Part shown: piece after piece, positions 36,497 to 46,123 of the stretch
How the letters are laid out: each line of letters opens with the position of its first letter
How positions within the stretch are numbered: position 1 is the stretch's first letter
Assembly: GCA_964637575.1 (NCBI GenBank)
Contig: CAZWVU010000001.1
Coordinates: forward strand, 53,009 to 117,008
Length of the DNA: 64,000 nt
DNA from: an uncultured Candidatus Saccharibacteria bacterium
GTDB taxonomy: Bacteria; Patescibacteriota; Minisyncoccia; UBA6257; WO2-44-18
Direction: 5' to 3'
The notes under the pieces: model-generated
What the model saw: only the letters and a program-made list of their open reading frames with translations
What the model was told of the DNA's origin: nothing
The model's database searches: none
Position numbers and translations under genes: made by a program

Positions 36497-37657
36497 ACTT
36501 TTCCTTAACAGACGATCATTCAACGGGATATACGCGATGACCTGGAAAACTTTTTCCGAGGAGTGCCCGTCGCCGAGCCGGTAGCCGCATCCGTCAAGCG
36601 TTCCGGAATCAAGCGAAAGCGCTTCGTCAATTGTTTCGCTGATCGAAGAAAGGGAAGTGTTGGCATCAAGCACATTGTCTTCCCGATCCCTCCCGCGCTG
36701 GCGGTTTCCGATGTTGACGGCCGGCACATGAAGATACGGCGCCTCCACTAAGGCGCACGAAGAATTCCCGATGATGAGGCGCGCCTCCTTGAGCAGGCCG
36801 AGAAAGTCCTGGTTGTCGATGTTCTTCCGCACCAGAAAAGTCTCGGGGTCTTTTCTCTGCCACGACTCGATGACGTTGATGATGCCTTCATAGCCGGGAT
36901 CGGAACAGGGGTAGACCATCAGCGCCTTCCAACCCTCTACACGCGCGCGGGCAGCCACCGCTGCCATCATATTATGCGCAGCCTGCCAGTTGGCTTCGGG
37001 CGTTTCCAGCGTGTCGGGATGGAGCAGGCCGATGATATAGCGCTGCTCTTTGCCGAAGCCAAACTTCTCCCGGGCAACCGCCGGAGGGGTGTACATTCCC
37101 GCCACAATCCGGTCGATGTACAGAGAGCCGACTTCGTGAATCCGCCAGGCCGGTTCGCCGATCGCCTTCAGCCGTCCGGCCGCCACCGTGGTTTCCGGAA
37201 AATGGAGATGGGCGAGTTTCGAAATGGCGTTCCGAAGCACGTCATCCACGTTGCCGGAAATCTCACCGCCCTGGGTATGCGTCACCGGAATATTGAAATG
37301 CGCGGCCGCCATCGCCATCGCCAGATGTTCGCCGCGGTCGGCATGCACCATCAGGAGATCGGGCTTGAGCCGCCCCAGAATTTCACCCGCTTTATACAGG
37401 CAGGTGCCGAGATTTTCCGTCCGGATCCGTTGCGAATCGCCCCGGCCGGCGCCCATTTCGATGAGCTCGATCCGGGCCTCCGGGAAAAAACTTTTTGCCT
37501 CGTTCGCCGTCGAACCGAACTCTGCCGACGCATGCATGTCCCCGAGGACCATCTGCAGCTCCAAATCCTTGTCGGCTTGGATGCGCCGCATGAGCGGCAG
37601 GTAGGCGCCAAAGCCGCCCCGCTTGCCGGAAAACACGCATATTGTCCTTCTTGCCAT
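36494..37657 (-). CDS. UDP-N-acetylglucosamine 2-epimerase, hydrolysing type (NeuC/LegG-like)
   Basis: 387 aa; VHADRGEHLA and GNSSCALVEAPYLHVPAVNIGNRQRGRD match the NeuC-family signature. Confidence 0.65.
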   Translation of the reverse strand: MARRTICVFSGKRGGFGAYLPLMRRIQADKDLELQMVLGDMHASAEFGSTANEAKSFFPEARIELIEMGAGRGDSQRIRTENLGTCLYKAGEILGRLKPDLLMVHADRGEHLAMAMAAAHFNIPVTHTQGGEISGNVDDVLRNAISKLAHLHFPETTVAAGRLKAIGEPAWRIHEVGSLYIDRIVAGMYTPPAVAREKFGFGKEQRYIIGLLHPDTLETPEANWQAAHNMMAAVAARARVEGWKALMVYPCSDPGYEGIINVIESWQRKDPETFLVRKNIDNQDFLGLLKEARLIIGNSSCALVEAPYLHVPAVNIGNRQRGRDREDNVLDANTSLSSISETIDEALSLDSGTLDGCGYRLGDGHSSEKVFQVIAYIPLNDRLLRKS

Positions 37658-37728
37658 AGTACCCTCTCAATGTTCTGGCTAAACTCTACAAAGGGATTGC
37701 GTGCCGGTCAAGCCGGTGGAAGACCGCG

Positions 37729-39123
37729 CTACTTGAGACGCGGCATGATTGTTTTCACGCTGAACCAAAATCTCTTAAGAATATTTATCAAAAATTCTTT
37801 ATCGTATTCATTGAATACAAATAAACTTCTGATTTTTATCCTGAATTGTTCGTATTTCCTGACTAGCCGGGAATACAGGAACCAGCTCCGCACGATGCAG
37901 CCAAAAATGTAGTCGAACGCGATGCCGGGCAGCTGAAAGAGCGGCATAAACATTACCGCCGAAACCGGGTCGATCAGAAAATCGAGAATCACTCGCGCAC
38001 TGAGCGCTTTGTATTCCCGCAAATTGGTCAGGATCGCGCGCGTTACTTTCCAGGTGGCGTATACGGGCATGGCGAGCACCAGTATCCTGAATAGAAATAT
38101 CGCCGGAGCGTAATTCGGGAAAAGAAAAGTAATGATTACCGGCACGAAAATAAATCCGCCGATGGCAAACAAGACTCCCAGCCAGAACATGTATTTCATT
38201 GAGCGCTTGAATAAGAACGCCAGTTCCTCCAGGTGGCCGATCCGTACAAAGAAAAGCTGGGCGATCCCGTCAATCGGCACGAGGTTCTGCAAAGTTGCCA
38301 CCAGATTTACCGCCAGACTGTAAAACGCGACCGCTTCGGTATTGATAAACAGCTTGATGAACCAGGGCGTGGTATTGGATGAAACATTCACCAGGGCGTA
38401 ATTCAAAAACATCCATTTCCCGTGTGTTTTCACAAAATCAACCATCATAATCCGATTATAAGCCCTGATCCTTCCCAGTGTTTTCAAATAGGGGATAAGG
38501 GAAAGCACAAGCACCAGGATGAACACTTCAATCGCCATGCCCATCATATGCGCGATCGCGACATGCAAAATATCCAGCGTGGAAAAACGCACAAAAAACA
38601 AAATGAAGATCAGCTTGGCGAATTCGCGGATCGCAGGAGCTGCCCAGTAGGAAAACCGGACGATGGATTTTAAAAAAATACTGGCCAGGGATTCCAGCCC
38701 GGACAGGAAAAAGTAAGGGCTGATGATTTTGATCAGCAATCCAATGTCCTTGCCGTACCAGTGGGCGATGATATTCGCGCCGAAAAACACCGCGAGACTG
38801 ATCAGCGCGGTAAGCGGCAGGCGCCATGCGGCCATTTCCCAGAATATTCTTTTGGCCTTTTCCGGCTCTTTGTTATTGAAATGATGCCGCATCTCCGTGG
38901 CGATCGGACCGTCCAGATTATTAATGTCCAAACTGTCCAAAAGAGAAACGAATGCCAGTACGAGCTGGAAGGTGCCGAACTGGAAAATGCTTAACAGGCG
39001 AATCGTAAAAAAGGAACTCACATATCCGATCAGGGATGCCGACATGTCGAAAAACCGGCGCATGCCTTCGCCTTTAAAAAAATAGTATCCCAGCGGTTTT
39101 TTTCTCAATGCCTCGTCGTTCAT
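37729..39123 (-). CDS. Wzx-like oligosaccharide/polysaccharide flippase (MOP superfamily)
   Basis: 464 aa, about 12-14 predicted TM helices, polysaccharide_biosynth-type layout. Confidence 0.55.
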   Translation of the reverse strand: MNDEALRKKPLGYYFFKGEGMRRFFDMSASLIGYVSSFFTIRLLSIFQFGTFQLVLAFVSLLDSLDINNLDGPIATEMRHHFNNKEPEKAKRIFWEMAAWRLPLTALISLAVFFGANIIAHWYGKDIGLLIKIISPYFFLSGLESLASIFLKSIVRFSYWAAPAIREFAKLIFILFFVRFSTLDILHVAIAHMMGMAIEVFILVLVLSLIPYLKTLGRIRAYNRIMMVDFVKTHGKWMFLNYALVNVSSNTTPWFIKLFINTEAVAFYSLAVNLVATLQNLVPIDGIAQLFFVRIGHLEELAFLFKRSMKYMFWLGVLFAIGGFIFVPVIITFLFPNYAPAIFLFRILVLAMPVYATWKVTRAILTNLREYKALSARVILDFLIDPVSAVMFMPLFQLPGIAFDYIFGCIVRSWFLYSRLVRKYEQFRIKIRSLFVFNEYDKEFLINILKRFWFSVKTIMPRLK

Positions 39124-41270
39124 TGTAAAAGCGCGGCGGACAGCTTTTCCATTAACCCGGACAGGCTGTGTTTTTCCTGAATAAGGATACGCATGGTGCG
39201 GCCGATTGCCTCCCGCTCGGAAGGAGCCAGGGCAACAAATTCCCGGATTTTTGCCGCCAGATCATCATAGTCCTTTTCACTGAACATCAGCAATGAACGC
39301 AGCTCCGGAGGAAATATGTCCCGGAACGCCCCGTTACTCACGAGTACGGGAATTCCGCAGGCCATTGCCTCAAGGGTGCTCTTATCAAAACTGCCGGTGT
39401 CCGTGAGATTGATGAAGAGATCGTGCTGATGATACATACCTGGCGTATCCTGGTTTGGAACCGAGTCGCGGAGCTCTATTCTGCCGCGCGCGTCCGACTC
39501 TGCTGCAAGACTCCTGATCCGCGCATAATAATCCGCCTCCACCGGCTTGCCCGCCGTGGGGCTGCCGACAATAGTCAAAGATGCGTTGCCGATTGAAGGT
39601 AGCGCGGCCGCGAATGCCTGGAGCAACCCGTCGACATGTTTTACCGGAGCGATTCTTCCTAAGAATAAAATTTTAAAATGGCTGCCGTCCGCCTGCCGTT
39701 TGTCGTCCGGCCGGAAGCGGTCCGTGTCAATTCCCTGCTGCAATACTCTAAGCTTGCGGCTTGCAAACGGATAGGCCTGCCGCACCGATGTGACAATCGC
39801 TTCGGGGAAAAGCGCGGCGACCCGGAGCTTCCAGGTGCCAAGGTAATGGGCATACCACAACACCAGCCGCTTATGCCAAAGCCTCCAAAGCCATCCGGCG
39901 AGAATGACGTATTCGGGATTCATGTGGACAAAGACCGTGTCATAGTTTTTCCGAAGTCCCCATACATACCGGTAAAAATTCCAAAGGTATTTGATCCGGC
40001 TTTTCCCGCGCTCTTTGCCAAGCGAGTATATGGAAACATTTTCTGGAAGATCGGTTTTCCCCTGATACAGACAGATCACTGAAATGTGGTCGAAATGCGC
40101 CGCCAGTCCCCTGATCCACTGGTGGTAGACGCCAAGCACATCGTCGCGCAGATCGACTTTCTGGGTAATCATCAAAAGTTTTTTGGCGCGCGGAAACCGC
40201 AGGGACGCGGCATAGTCCCGGAGATATTCCTCCCGGCATTCCGGCAACGCTGCCAGAAATTCCCGCTGACGGTGTAATGTTGCCTGCCGCACCCCGGGAT
40301 TGCTGATCAGGCGGTCGACGGCTTCGATAAGCGCCATGACACTGCCGACGGGAATCACCTCGCCGAGGGCGACGCCGACATCGGTCATGATCACCGGCAC
40401 ATTGGCGGCGGCGGCTTCCACGGCGACACGTCCATATCCTTCATAATTTGAGGTCAATAAAAAAATATCGGCGGACTGGTAATAAGCGGCAAGATTGTTT
40501 GTCTGCGGCTCAAGCAGGACGTGCTGATCCAGTTTTAAATGGGCGATGCGGGCTTTAAGATTGTCGCGTTCCGGACCGTCGCCGACGATCACCAGAACGG
40601 CATGGGGATGTTTTTGAATAATGACCGGCATCATTTCAACCGCCATCCCAATATTTTTTTCTCTGGTCAGACGCGAAGCCATAAGCATCACGGGGTGCTT
40701 TCCGGGAAACATTTTTGCGTTCGGTGCCGCAGTCGCCGCGCGATCGGTAAAAATCGGCAAAACAGTAATCCGCTTCTCATCGACAAGATGGCGCCCGATC
40801 AAAGAAGTCCGTATCCGATCGGACACTACGCGCACGCCGTCCGCCTTCGGAAGAATCCGCCGGGCAATCGCGAGCCGGATTTTATTTTTCCAGGATTCCG
40901 CCACAAAAAACGGACTGAAAAGATCCGTGTGCACCTGTAACTGCAAGGGGTAGCCGAACCTGCGCGAAAGCCGGTATGCCGCGAGGCCATTTTCAAAAGG
41001 ATCCTGGGCGGTAATCGTCCATTCCCCGCCGGAAACAAACAGCTGCCTGGCAATGACGTCCGCGCGCCAGAGGGCGCCCACGCCCGTCCACGCAATGGCC
41101 GGATGCGCAGTAACTTTTTCAGAAACGACAACACTGGCTGCAGAATGATCTCGCGTGGGAATAATGATGTGGAGCTCATCAAAAAACGCCCCATATTCCG
41201 CCATTCTTCGCCGCGCCTCCGAATGTTCTTTCAAAATGGCGGCGTCAGTTGAGATCATTAATACTTTCAT
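39120..41270 (-). CDS. Tandem two-domain GT4 glycosyltransferase
   Basis: 716 aa; two GT-B units each with an E..E/Gly-rich acceptor motif (VAVEAAAANVPVIMT; LEAMACGIPVLVS). Confidence 0.6.
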   Translation of the reverse strand: MKVLMISTDAAILKEHSEARRRMAEYGAFFDELHIIIPTRDHSAASVVVSEKVTAHPAIAWTGVGALWRADVIARQLFVSGGEWTITAQDPFENGLAAYRLSRRFGYPLQLQVHTDLFSPFFVAESWKNKIRLAIARRILPKADGVRVVSDRIRTSLIGRHLVDEKRITVLPIFTDRAATAAPNAKMFPGKHPVMLMASRLTREKNIGMAVEMMPVIIQKHPHAVLVIVGDGPERDNLKARIAHLKLDQHVLLEPQTNNLAAYYQSADIFLLTSNYEGYGRVAVEAAAANVPVIMTDVGVALGEVIPVGSVMALIEAVDRLISNPGVRQATLHRQREFLAALPECREEYLRDYAASLRFPRAKKLLMITQKVDLRDDVLGVYHQWIRGLAAHFDHISVICLYQGKTDLPENVSIYSLGKERGKSRIKYLWNFYRYVWGLRKNYDTVFVHMNPEYVILAGWLWRLWHKRLVLWYAHYLGTWKLRVAALFPEAIVTSVRQAYPFASRKLRVLQQGIDTDRFRPDDKRQADGSHFKILFLGRIAPVKHVDGLLQAFAAALPSIGNASLTIVGSPTAGKPVEADYYARIRSLAAESDARGRIELRDSVPNQDTPGMYHQHDLFINLTDTGSFDKSTLEAMACGIPVLVSNGAFRDIFPPELRSLLMFSEKDYDDLAAKIREFVALAPSEREAIGRTMRILIQEKHSLSGLMEKLSAALLQ

Positions 41271-41899
41271 TTTTCTAAAATGAAAAAGTAATGATAATGA
41301 TTGAATGCCGGCCGGACTTCTTTCAGGATATTGAATTGTTTCTTAATTTCGGCACGCACCCGGGAAAGCCGGTAATTTCGCGCGTCAATTTCCCAGTAAT
41401 GTTGGCCGGAAACCTTGATCCCGCCGAATTTCAGGGGAATTCTTACAAAGAAATCCAGGAATAATCTCTTGAATAAGGTGCGGACTCCCGGAAATTTAAA
41501 CGCAAATTCGAATCCGGTCGATTTATACGGGAGCGACAGAACCACATGCCGCCTGGCCACGCGCTTCAGTTGCGCGAGCGCTTTCGGGAAATCCTCGAAC
41601 GGCAGATGCTCGAGCACCTCAAACGCCGTTACCACGTCAAAGCTGTTGTCGGCAAGCGGCAGCGAACGGACGTCAGCCACCACGTCCGGATTCAGACTCG
41701 CGTCAAAGTCACAGGCAGTAACCTGATAGCCGAATTTCTTCATGTAATCAGAAAAGGTGCCGTTACCCTTGCCGATTTCCAAAATAGTTTTCGGGTCCAG
41801 GGAGCCGACGAGGTCGGTTTGATAGAAATAGGAAATAAAACGATTGAGATCGTCGTACTTTTTGCGGAAATAATGCTGCGTATCAACCTGTGGCTTCAT
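41267..41899 (-). CDS. Class I SAM-dependent methyltransferase
   Basis: 210 aa; ILEIGKGNGTF motif I, LPLADNSFDVVTAFEVLEHLP. Confidence 0.6.
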   Translation of the reverse strand: MKPQVDTQHYFRKKYDDLNRFISYFYQTDLVGSLDPKTILEIGKGNGTFSDYMKKFGYQVTACDFDASLNPDVVADVRSLPLADNSFDVVTAFEVLEHLPFEDFPKALAQLKRVARRHVVLSLPYKSTGFEFAFKFPGVRTLFKRLFLDFFVRIPLKFGGIKVSGQHYWEIDARNYRLSRVRAEIKKQFNILKEVRPAFNHYHYFFILEK

Positions 41900-44129
41900 T
41901 GATTAAGTTTACTAAATTATCGACGGTTCGTTGTATGGAGAATTCTTGAGCCTTAGAATGAGCCGCGTGTCCGATATCGCGCCGGAACCCGAAATCGTCT
42001 CTGATTTTCTTTATGGCGGACAATATCTGATCTTTATTATTCGGCTCAACCAATATTCCTTCCTTGCCGTCTTCAATTAGTTCCGGGATGCTTCCTATTT
42101 TTGTGGCAATTACAGGAACATGGGCATTCATCGCTTCAACAATTGCAAATGAGAAACTTTCAAAACTCGTATTGAGGATAAAAATGCCCGCATTATGTAA
42201 ATAGTTGCTCAGCATCTTCTCTCTGCCAATCTCGCCCACCAGCGTAACTCTGTTCTCCAGCTTATATTCTCTAATAATCTCCTCTAATCTTGTTCGATCG
42301 GGACCTTCGCCGACAATAAAAAGTTTGGACTCAACCATTTCCGGATCGGCCATAAGTTTTATTAGGTAATCAAAGCCTTTCCAGGGAACCAGCCGACCGA
42401 CTGACAGTAATACATTATTATTGCGCACCGCCATCACTCCCCCTCTCAATTCAATGCCGTTATATATCGTCTTCACCTTCTCTGGCTGGGCGACCCATCC
42501 TCCCACCAATTTCTGAAAATACCTGCTTGGCGTGATCACTAAGTCCGCCCGGCCCACTACCAGGCGCTGAATCCGCCGGAGCAATTCGGTTTTCCATCCA
42601 TAGCGTCGGTGCTGGAACTCATCAATCGAATCCGATACGCCAAAACGCTGGGTCGCCTGCTCCCAGGCATAGTCGCCGGCGACGCGGATAAAAAACTTCC
42701 TACCGCGCAATTTCGCCGCCAGCATCGCGGGCAATCCCACGCTCACCGGGTCCTGTGCGTAGACAGCGTCAAAATTGTTCAGCATGCTCCAGCACCGCCG
42801 GAAATACGCGAAATGCCTGATGATGGTCGGTTTTTTCCTGAACGGCGTAAATGCCAGAACGCCCACAGACAATCCGCGTTTCGGCAGCTCTTTTTCCAGC
42901 AGGACGGTATAGGTGGCGGGGCCGCCGATATCCGGCGGATAGATGCCGGTGGCAATCAAGATGCGCGGCGCCCGATCCGGGGCATGCATCATCGAAAAGA
43001 TATTTTTCATTCTGGAGGCGATACCGTCCCAAGAATAGTTTCCGCGGGCCAGCGTGCGGCCATTGGCGGCGATCCGGCGCGCCGCGTCCGGATTATCCAA
43101 AAGATAGGTAATTTTTTCAGCGAGATCTTTGGGATTATCTATTTCACAAAAAAGACCGGTCTCTCCGTCTTTAAGAAAATCGGGGATACCGCCCGCCCGG
43201 GTGCCGATAACCGGCAGCCCCGCCGCCATCGCTTCCAGAAAAGAATTTCCCAATCCTTCCGACCGCGACGGCCTGACAAACACATCAGCGCCTGACAAAT
43301 AATCGGGGATTCGCTCCGGCTCAACATGGCCGAGAAATTCCATATTTTCCGCGACCCCAAGCTCCGCTGCCAGATTTTTCAACGATTGTTCATCAGGCCC
43401 GCTCCCGACGACTTGCATTGAGAATCGCGCGCCGCGAGTCTTTTTCAATTCCGCTGCCGCGCGGATTACAATATCAATTCCGTTTTTGTGAACCAATCGC
43501 GACGTGGTAATGATTACCGGTTTTTTGCCGGCATTTTTTGGTTTTTGATTTTCAGTTTTAAATTTACCGAAGTCCACTCCGTTGGGAACCATATCAATGG
43601 GGCATGACGCTCCGTGACGCCGGGCAAAGTCGCCAAGATAGTTGCTGATCACCTGGATGCGATCCGCTTTTGTAAAAATCAACTTCCACAAAGGATAGAA
43701 AATTCCAACCCGGTGAAGGATGTGCTCCTCCGAATCACCCTCCTGAAGGGTAAGCAGCATCGGCACATCAGGGTGGCGCAATTTAAAAAGAAGCGCTGCA
43801 ATTCCGGCATAGGAAGCCATCATCGCCCACGTGGCTGCGAAAGGCCGCTGTCGGTGTTCACGCTCCGCCGCGCGCCATGCCCGGATCACGTAGACGATCT
43901 TTTCCAAAAAACGGCCGTAGTAGTTTCCTCCGCTCCGCCCCTTTCCCACCCGGATTACTTCGGCGTTGCCGGACATTTCCCGCTCCGGCCATGTGGCATC
44001 AAAACGGGAGGTAAAGAGCACAAATTGGGCATCGGGAATCCGTCGGGAAATTTCTTCAATCGCAATTTCCGCTCCACCGACAAACGGCCGGTACGCGAGC
44101 GTAAACACGCCGATGACTTCTTTTGACAT
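41883..44129 (-). CDS. Tandem two-domain GT4 glycosyltransferase
   Basis: Start chosen at MSKEVIGVFTLAYRPFVGGAEI (44129; the ORF track extends to 44267). Two EX7E-type regions: EGLGNSFLEAMAAGLPVIGT and ESFSFAIVEAMNAHVPVIAT. Confidence 0.6.
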   Translation of the reverse strand: MSKEVIGVFTLAYRPFVGGAEIAIEEISRRIPDAQFVLFTSRFDATWPEREMSGNAEVIRVGKGRSGGNYYGRFLEKIVYVIRAWRAAEREHRQRPFAATWAMMASYAGIAALLFKLRHPDVPMLLTLQEGDSEEHILHRVGIFYPLWKLIFTKADRIQVISNYLGDFARRHGASCPIDMVPNGVDFGKFKTENQKPKNAGKKPVIITTSRLVHKNGIDIVIRAAAELKKTRGARFSMQVVGSGPDEQSLKNLAAELGVAENMEFLGHVEPERIPDYLSGADVFVRPSRSEGLGNSFLEAMAAGLPVIGTRAGGIPDFLKDGETGLFCEIDNPKDLAEKITYLLDNPDAARRIAANGRTLARGNYSWDGIASRMKNIFSMMHAPDRAPRILIATGIYPPDIGGPATYTVLLEKELPKRGLSVGVLAFTPFRKKPTIIRHFAYFRRCWSMLNNFDAVYAQDPVSVGLPAMLAAKLRGRKFFIRVAGDYAWEQATQRFGVSDSIDEFQHRRYGWKTELLRRIQRLVVGRADLVITPSRYFQKLVGGWVAQPEKVKTIYNGIELRGGVMAVRNNNVLLSVGRLVPWKGFDYLIKLMADPEMVESKLFIVGEGPDRTRLEEIIREYKLENRVTLVGEIGREKMLSNYLHNAGIFILNTSFESFSFAIVEAMNAHVPVIATKIGSIPELIEDGKEGILVEPNNKDQILSAIKKIRDDFGFRRDIGHAAHSKAQEFSIQRTVDNLVNLINEATG

Positions 44130-44161
44130 TGCCGTTATCTTATCGTACTGTGTACTCAATG

Positions 44162-45295
44162 GCAACCCGGAAAATTGTCTATCTGGTAACCAAAGATGAC
44201 GTGGGCGGCGCGCAAAAGTATGTTCAGGATCTCTGTGAAAATCTCGACAAAAGCCGGTTTGAAGCAAAAATAGTCACCGGCGGGAAAAAGGGGATCCGTT
44301 TTCTTTCCAACGCCTTTCTTCCCTACGCGCTTTTTATGAATGACTGGCTGGCGCTCACCGAGCTGGTGTTGTTTTTCCGCAAAGAAAAACCGGATATCGT
44401 TCATCTGAACAGCTCCAAAGCCGGCGTGGTGGGCGCCATCGCAGCGAAAATTGCCGGGGTTCCCCATGTGGTGTTTACCGCTCACGGCTGGGTATTCAAT
44501 CCCGACAGCCAGCTCGGTGCAGCCCGCAGAACATTCTATATAGCGCTCCATAAGCTGGCGGCGAAATTCCAGGACCGGATCATCAACGTGTCTGAATATG
44601 ACCGCCGTCTCGCGCTTACCCACCGGATCGCGCCTGCCCACAAATTGGCGACTGTATATAACGGCATCGACCGGGAAAAAGCAAAATTCCTGGATAAAAA
44701 AACGGCGCGAAGCGCCTTATCCCAAATGACCGGCCGCCGCATTCCCCTTACCGGCACCTGGATCGGATCCATCGGCCGGCTTGTAAAAGAAAAAAGTTAC
44801 GGTGATTTTATTGAGGCCGCCACCATGGTCAGCGACCCCTCCGCTCAATTTTTTATCATCGGAAGCGGAACGCTTAAAAAAGATCTGGAAATAAGGATCA
44901 GGGAGGCAGGGCTGGCGGAGCGGTTTTTCATCATAGAAAATGTTTCTCCGGCCGCGGCCTATATCCAGGCGTTTGACGTGTTCGCGTTGTCGTCTATCAA
45001 AGAAGGCATGCCCTACACCCTTATTGAAGCCATGGCCGCCGGACTTCCGATTGTTGTCACCCGCGTGGGCGGCATGCCGGAAATTATTGACGCGCTTGAT
45101 GAGGCGAAACGCGGCCTGGCTATGCCGCCCCGGTCTCCGGAAGAACTGGCCCGGGCAATTAATTATTTTCTGGAAAACAAGAAGGAGGCGGTCCGCTACG
45201 GCAGGAACGCACAACAGTATCAAAAGTCCCGGTTGGCGCTTTCCTCGATGGTCGCCCAGACGGAGGCGGCGTACCAGCTTACTGAAGCTTCTTAA
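44162..45295 (+). CDS. GT4 glycosyltransferase
   Basis: Start chosen at MATRKIVYLVTKDDVGGAQKYV (44162; the ORF track starts at 44123). KEGMPYTLIEAMAAGLPIVVTRVGGMPE. Confidence 0.65.
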   Translation, partial: ATRKIVYLVTKDDVGGAQKYVQDLCENLDKSRFEAKIVTGGKKGIRFLSNAFLPYALFMNDWLALTELVLFFRKEKPDIVHLNSSKAGVVGAIAAKIAGVPHVVFTAHGWVFNPDSQLGAARRTFYIALHKLAAKFQDRIINVSEYDRRLALTHRIAPAHKLATVYNGIDREKAKFLDKKTARSALSQMTGRRIPLTGTWIGSIGRLVKEKSYGDFIEAATMVSDPSAQFFIIGSGTLKKDLEIRIREAGLAERFFIIENVSPAAAYIQAFDVFALSSIKEGMPYTLIEAMAAGLPIVVTRVGGMPEIIDALDEAKRGLAMPPRSPEELARAINYFLENKKEAVRYGRNAQQYQKSRLALSSMVAQTEAAYQLTEAS

Positions 45296-46049
45296 TTTCG
45301 TCCTGAATCAATGCTTGTTGAGTCCCGGTAATTTCGGGGTTTTGCAGGACAAGCTCAAAATAAGTGATCGCATCTGCCTTGTCTCCCACCGATCTGTAGT
45401 ATGAGGCGAGCTCCAGGGCTAAATTGGGGTTATTTTTTATATGATCCAACCCGGAAAGCAGTACCTTGGGAATTTCCGCAGATTTTTCAGGATAAAAATC
45501 CCGGTAAAAATCCGCCAGGCCAAGATACGTAAATTCTTCATATGAATCCAGTTGAACTGCTTTGACAAAATTCAGCTCTGCGCTCTTATTATCCCGCAGA
45601 AAACTCGCATACAAGTCTCCCAGATCGTAATAGATTGTCGGATTATTCGGCGCGAGGTGTTTCGTATATTCCAAAACATCCCGAGCTCCCGCATAATTTT
45701 CGACGGACTTTTTGATGATCGCAAGGCCAATCCAGGCATCGATATTATTTCGGTCATCCCCGATCAGTTTTAATTCCGCGGCAAAACGATCCTTTTGCTG
45801 TTGAAGATAGGCCACGGGATACTTACCGGCTACTTTTTCGGCGCCAAGATAGGAAAGTGTCTGACCCTGATATCCTGTACGGGCTGGATTCGTTGAGGGG
45901 GTTTTTGGAAAAAGATCATCGGCTTTTTCATTCGCCGGAGATGTCTGAGCAACGCTTGGAGTTTCTTTATGCAAAAAACGAACGCCCGCAAATGTTGCGG
46001 CCCCCGCGAGCAACACTGCCCCGAAAACAATAAGGATACCTCTCTTCAT
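45279..46049 (-). CDS. TPR-repeat protein with N-terminal membrane anchor/signal
   Basis: Start chosen at MKRGILIVFGAVLLAGAATFAG (46049, AGGA 6 nt upstream). The longer ORF (to 46121) would run through the terminator hairpin. TPR-like helical repeats (YYDLGDLYASF, YLGLADFYRDF). Confidence 0.5.
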   Translation of the reverse strand: MKRGILIVFGAVLLAGAATFAGVRFLHKETPSVAQTSPANEKADDLFPKTPSTNPARTGYQGQTLSYLGAEKVAGKYPVAYLQQQKDRFAAELKLIGDDRNNIDAWIGLAIIKKSVENYAGARDVLEYTKHLAPNNPTIYYDLGDLYASFLRDNKSAELNFVKAVQLDSYEEFTYLGLADFYRDFYPEKSAEIPKVLLSGLDHIKNNPNLALELASYYRSVGDKADAITYFELVLQNPEITGTQQALIQDEIKKLQ

Positions 46050-46059
46050 AATCCTCATT

Positions 46060-46100
46060 AATACCAAAAAACCAAAACCCCCGCAAGAGCGGGGGTTTTT
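46060..46100 (-). terminator. Strong intrinsic terminator after the giant surface-protein gene
   Basis: Perfect 7-bp GC stem CCCCCGC/GCGGGGG (46078-46084 / 46089-46095), loop AAGA, followed on the minus strand by UUUUGGUUUUUUGG. Confidence 0.7.
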
Positions 46101-46123
46101 GGCATCTGCAATAAATCTCAAGT

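Noticed and set aside
44123-44267. 106-nt overlap of divergent gene 5' ends (ORF-track starts 44123 plus and 44267 minus)
   Set aside because: Internal starts MATRKIVYLV (44162, plus) and MSKEVIGVF (44129, minus) match GT4 N-termini. They resolve the overlap into a 32-nt divergent intergenic region.
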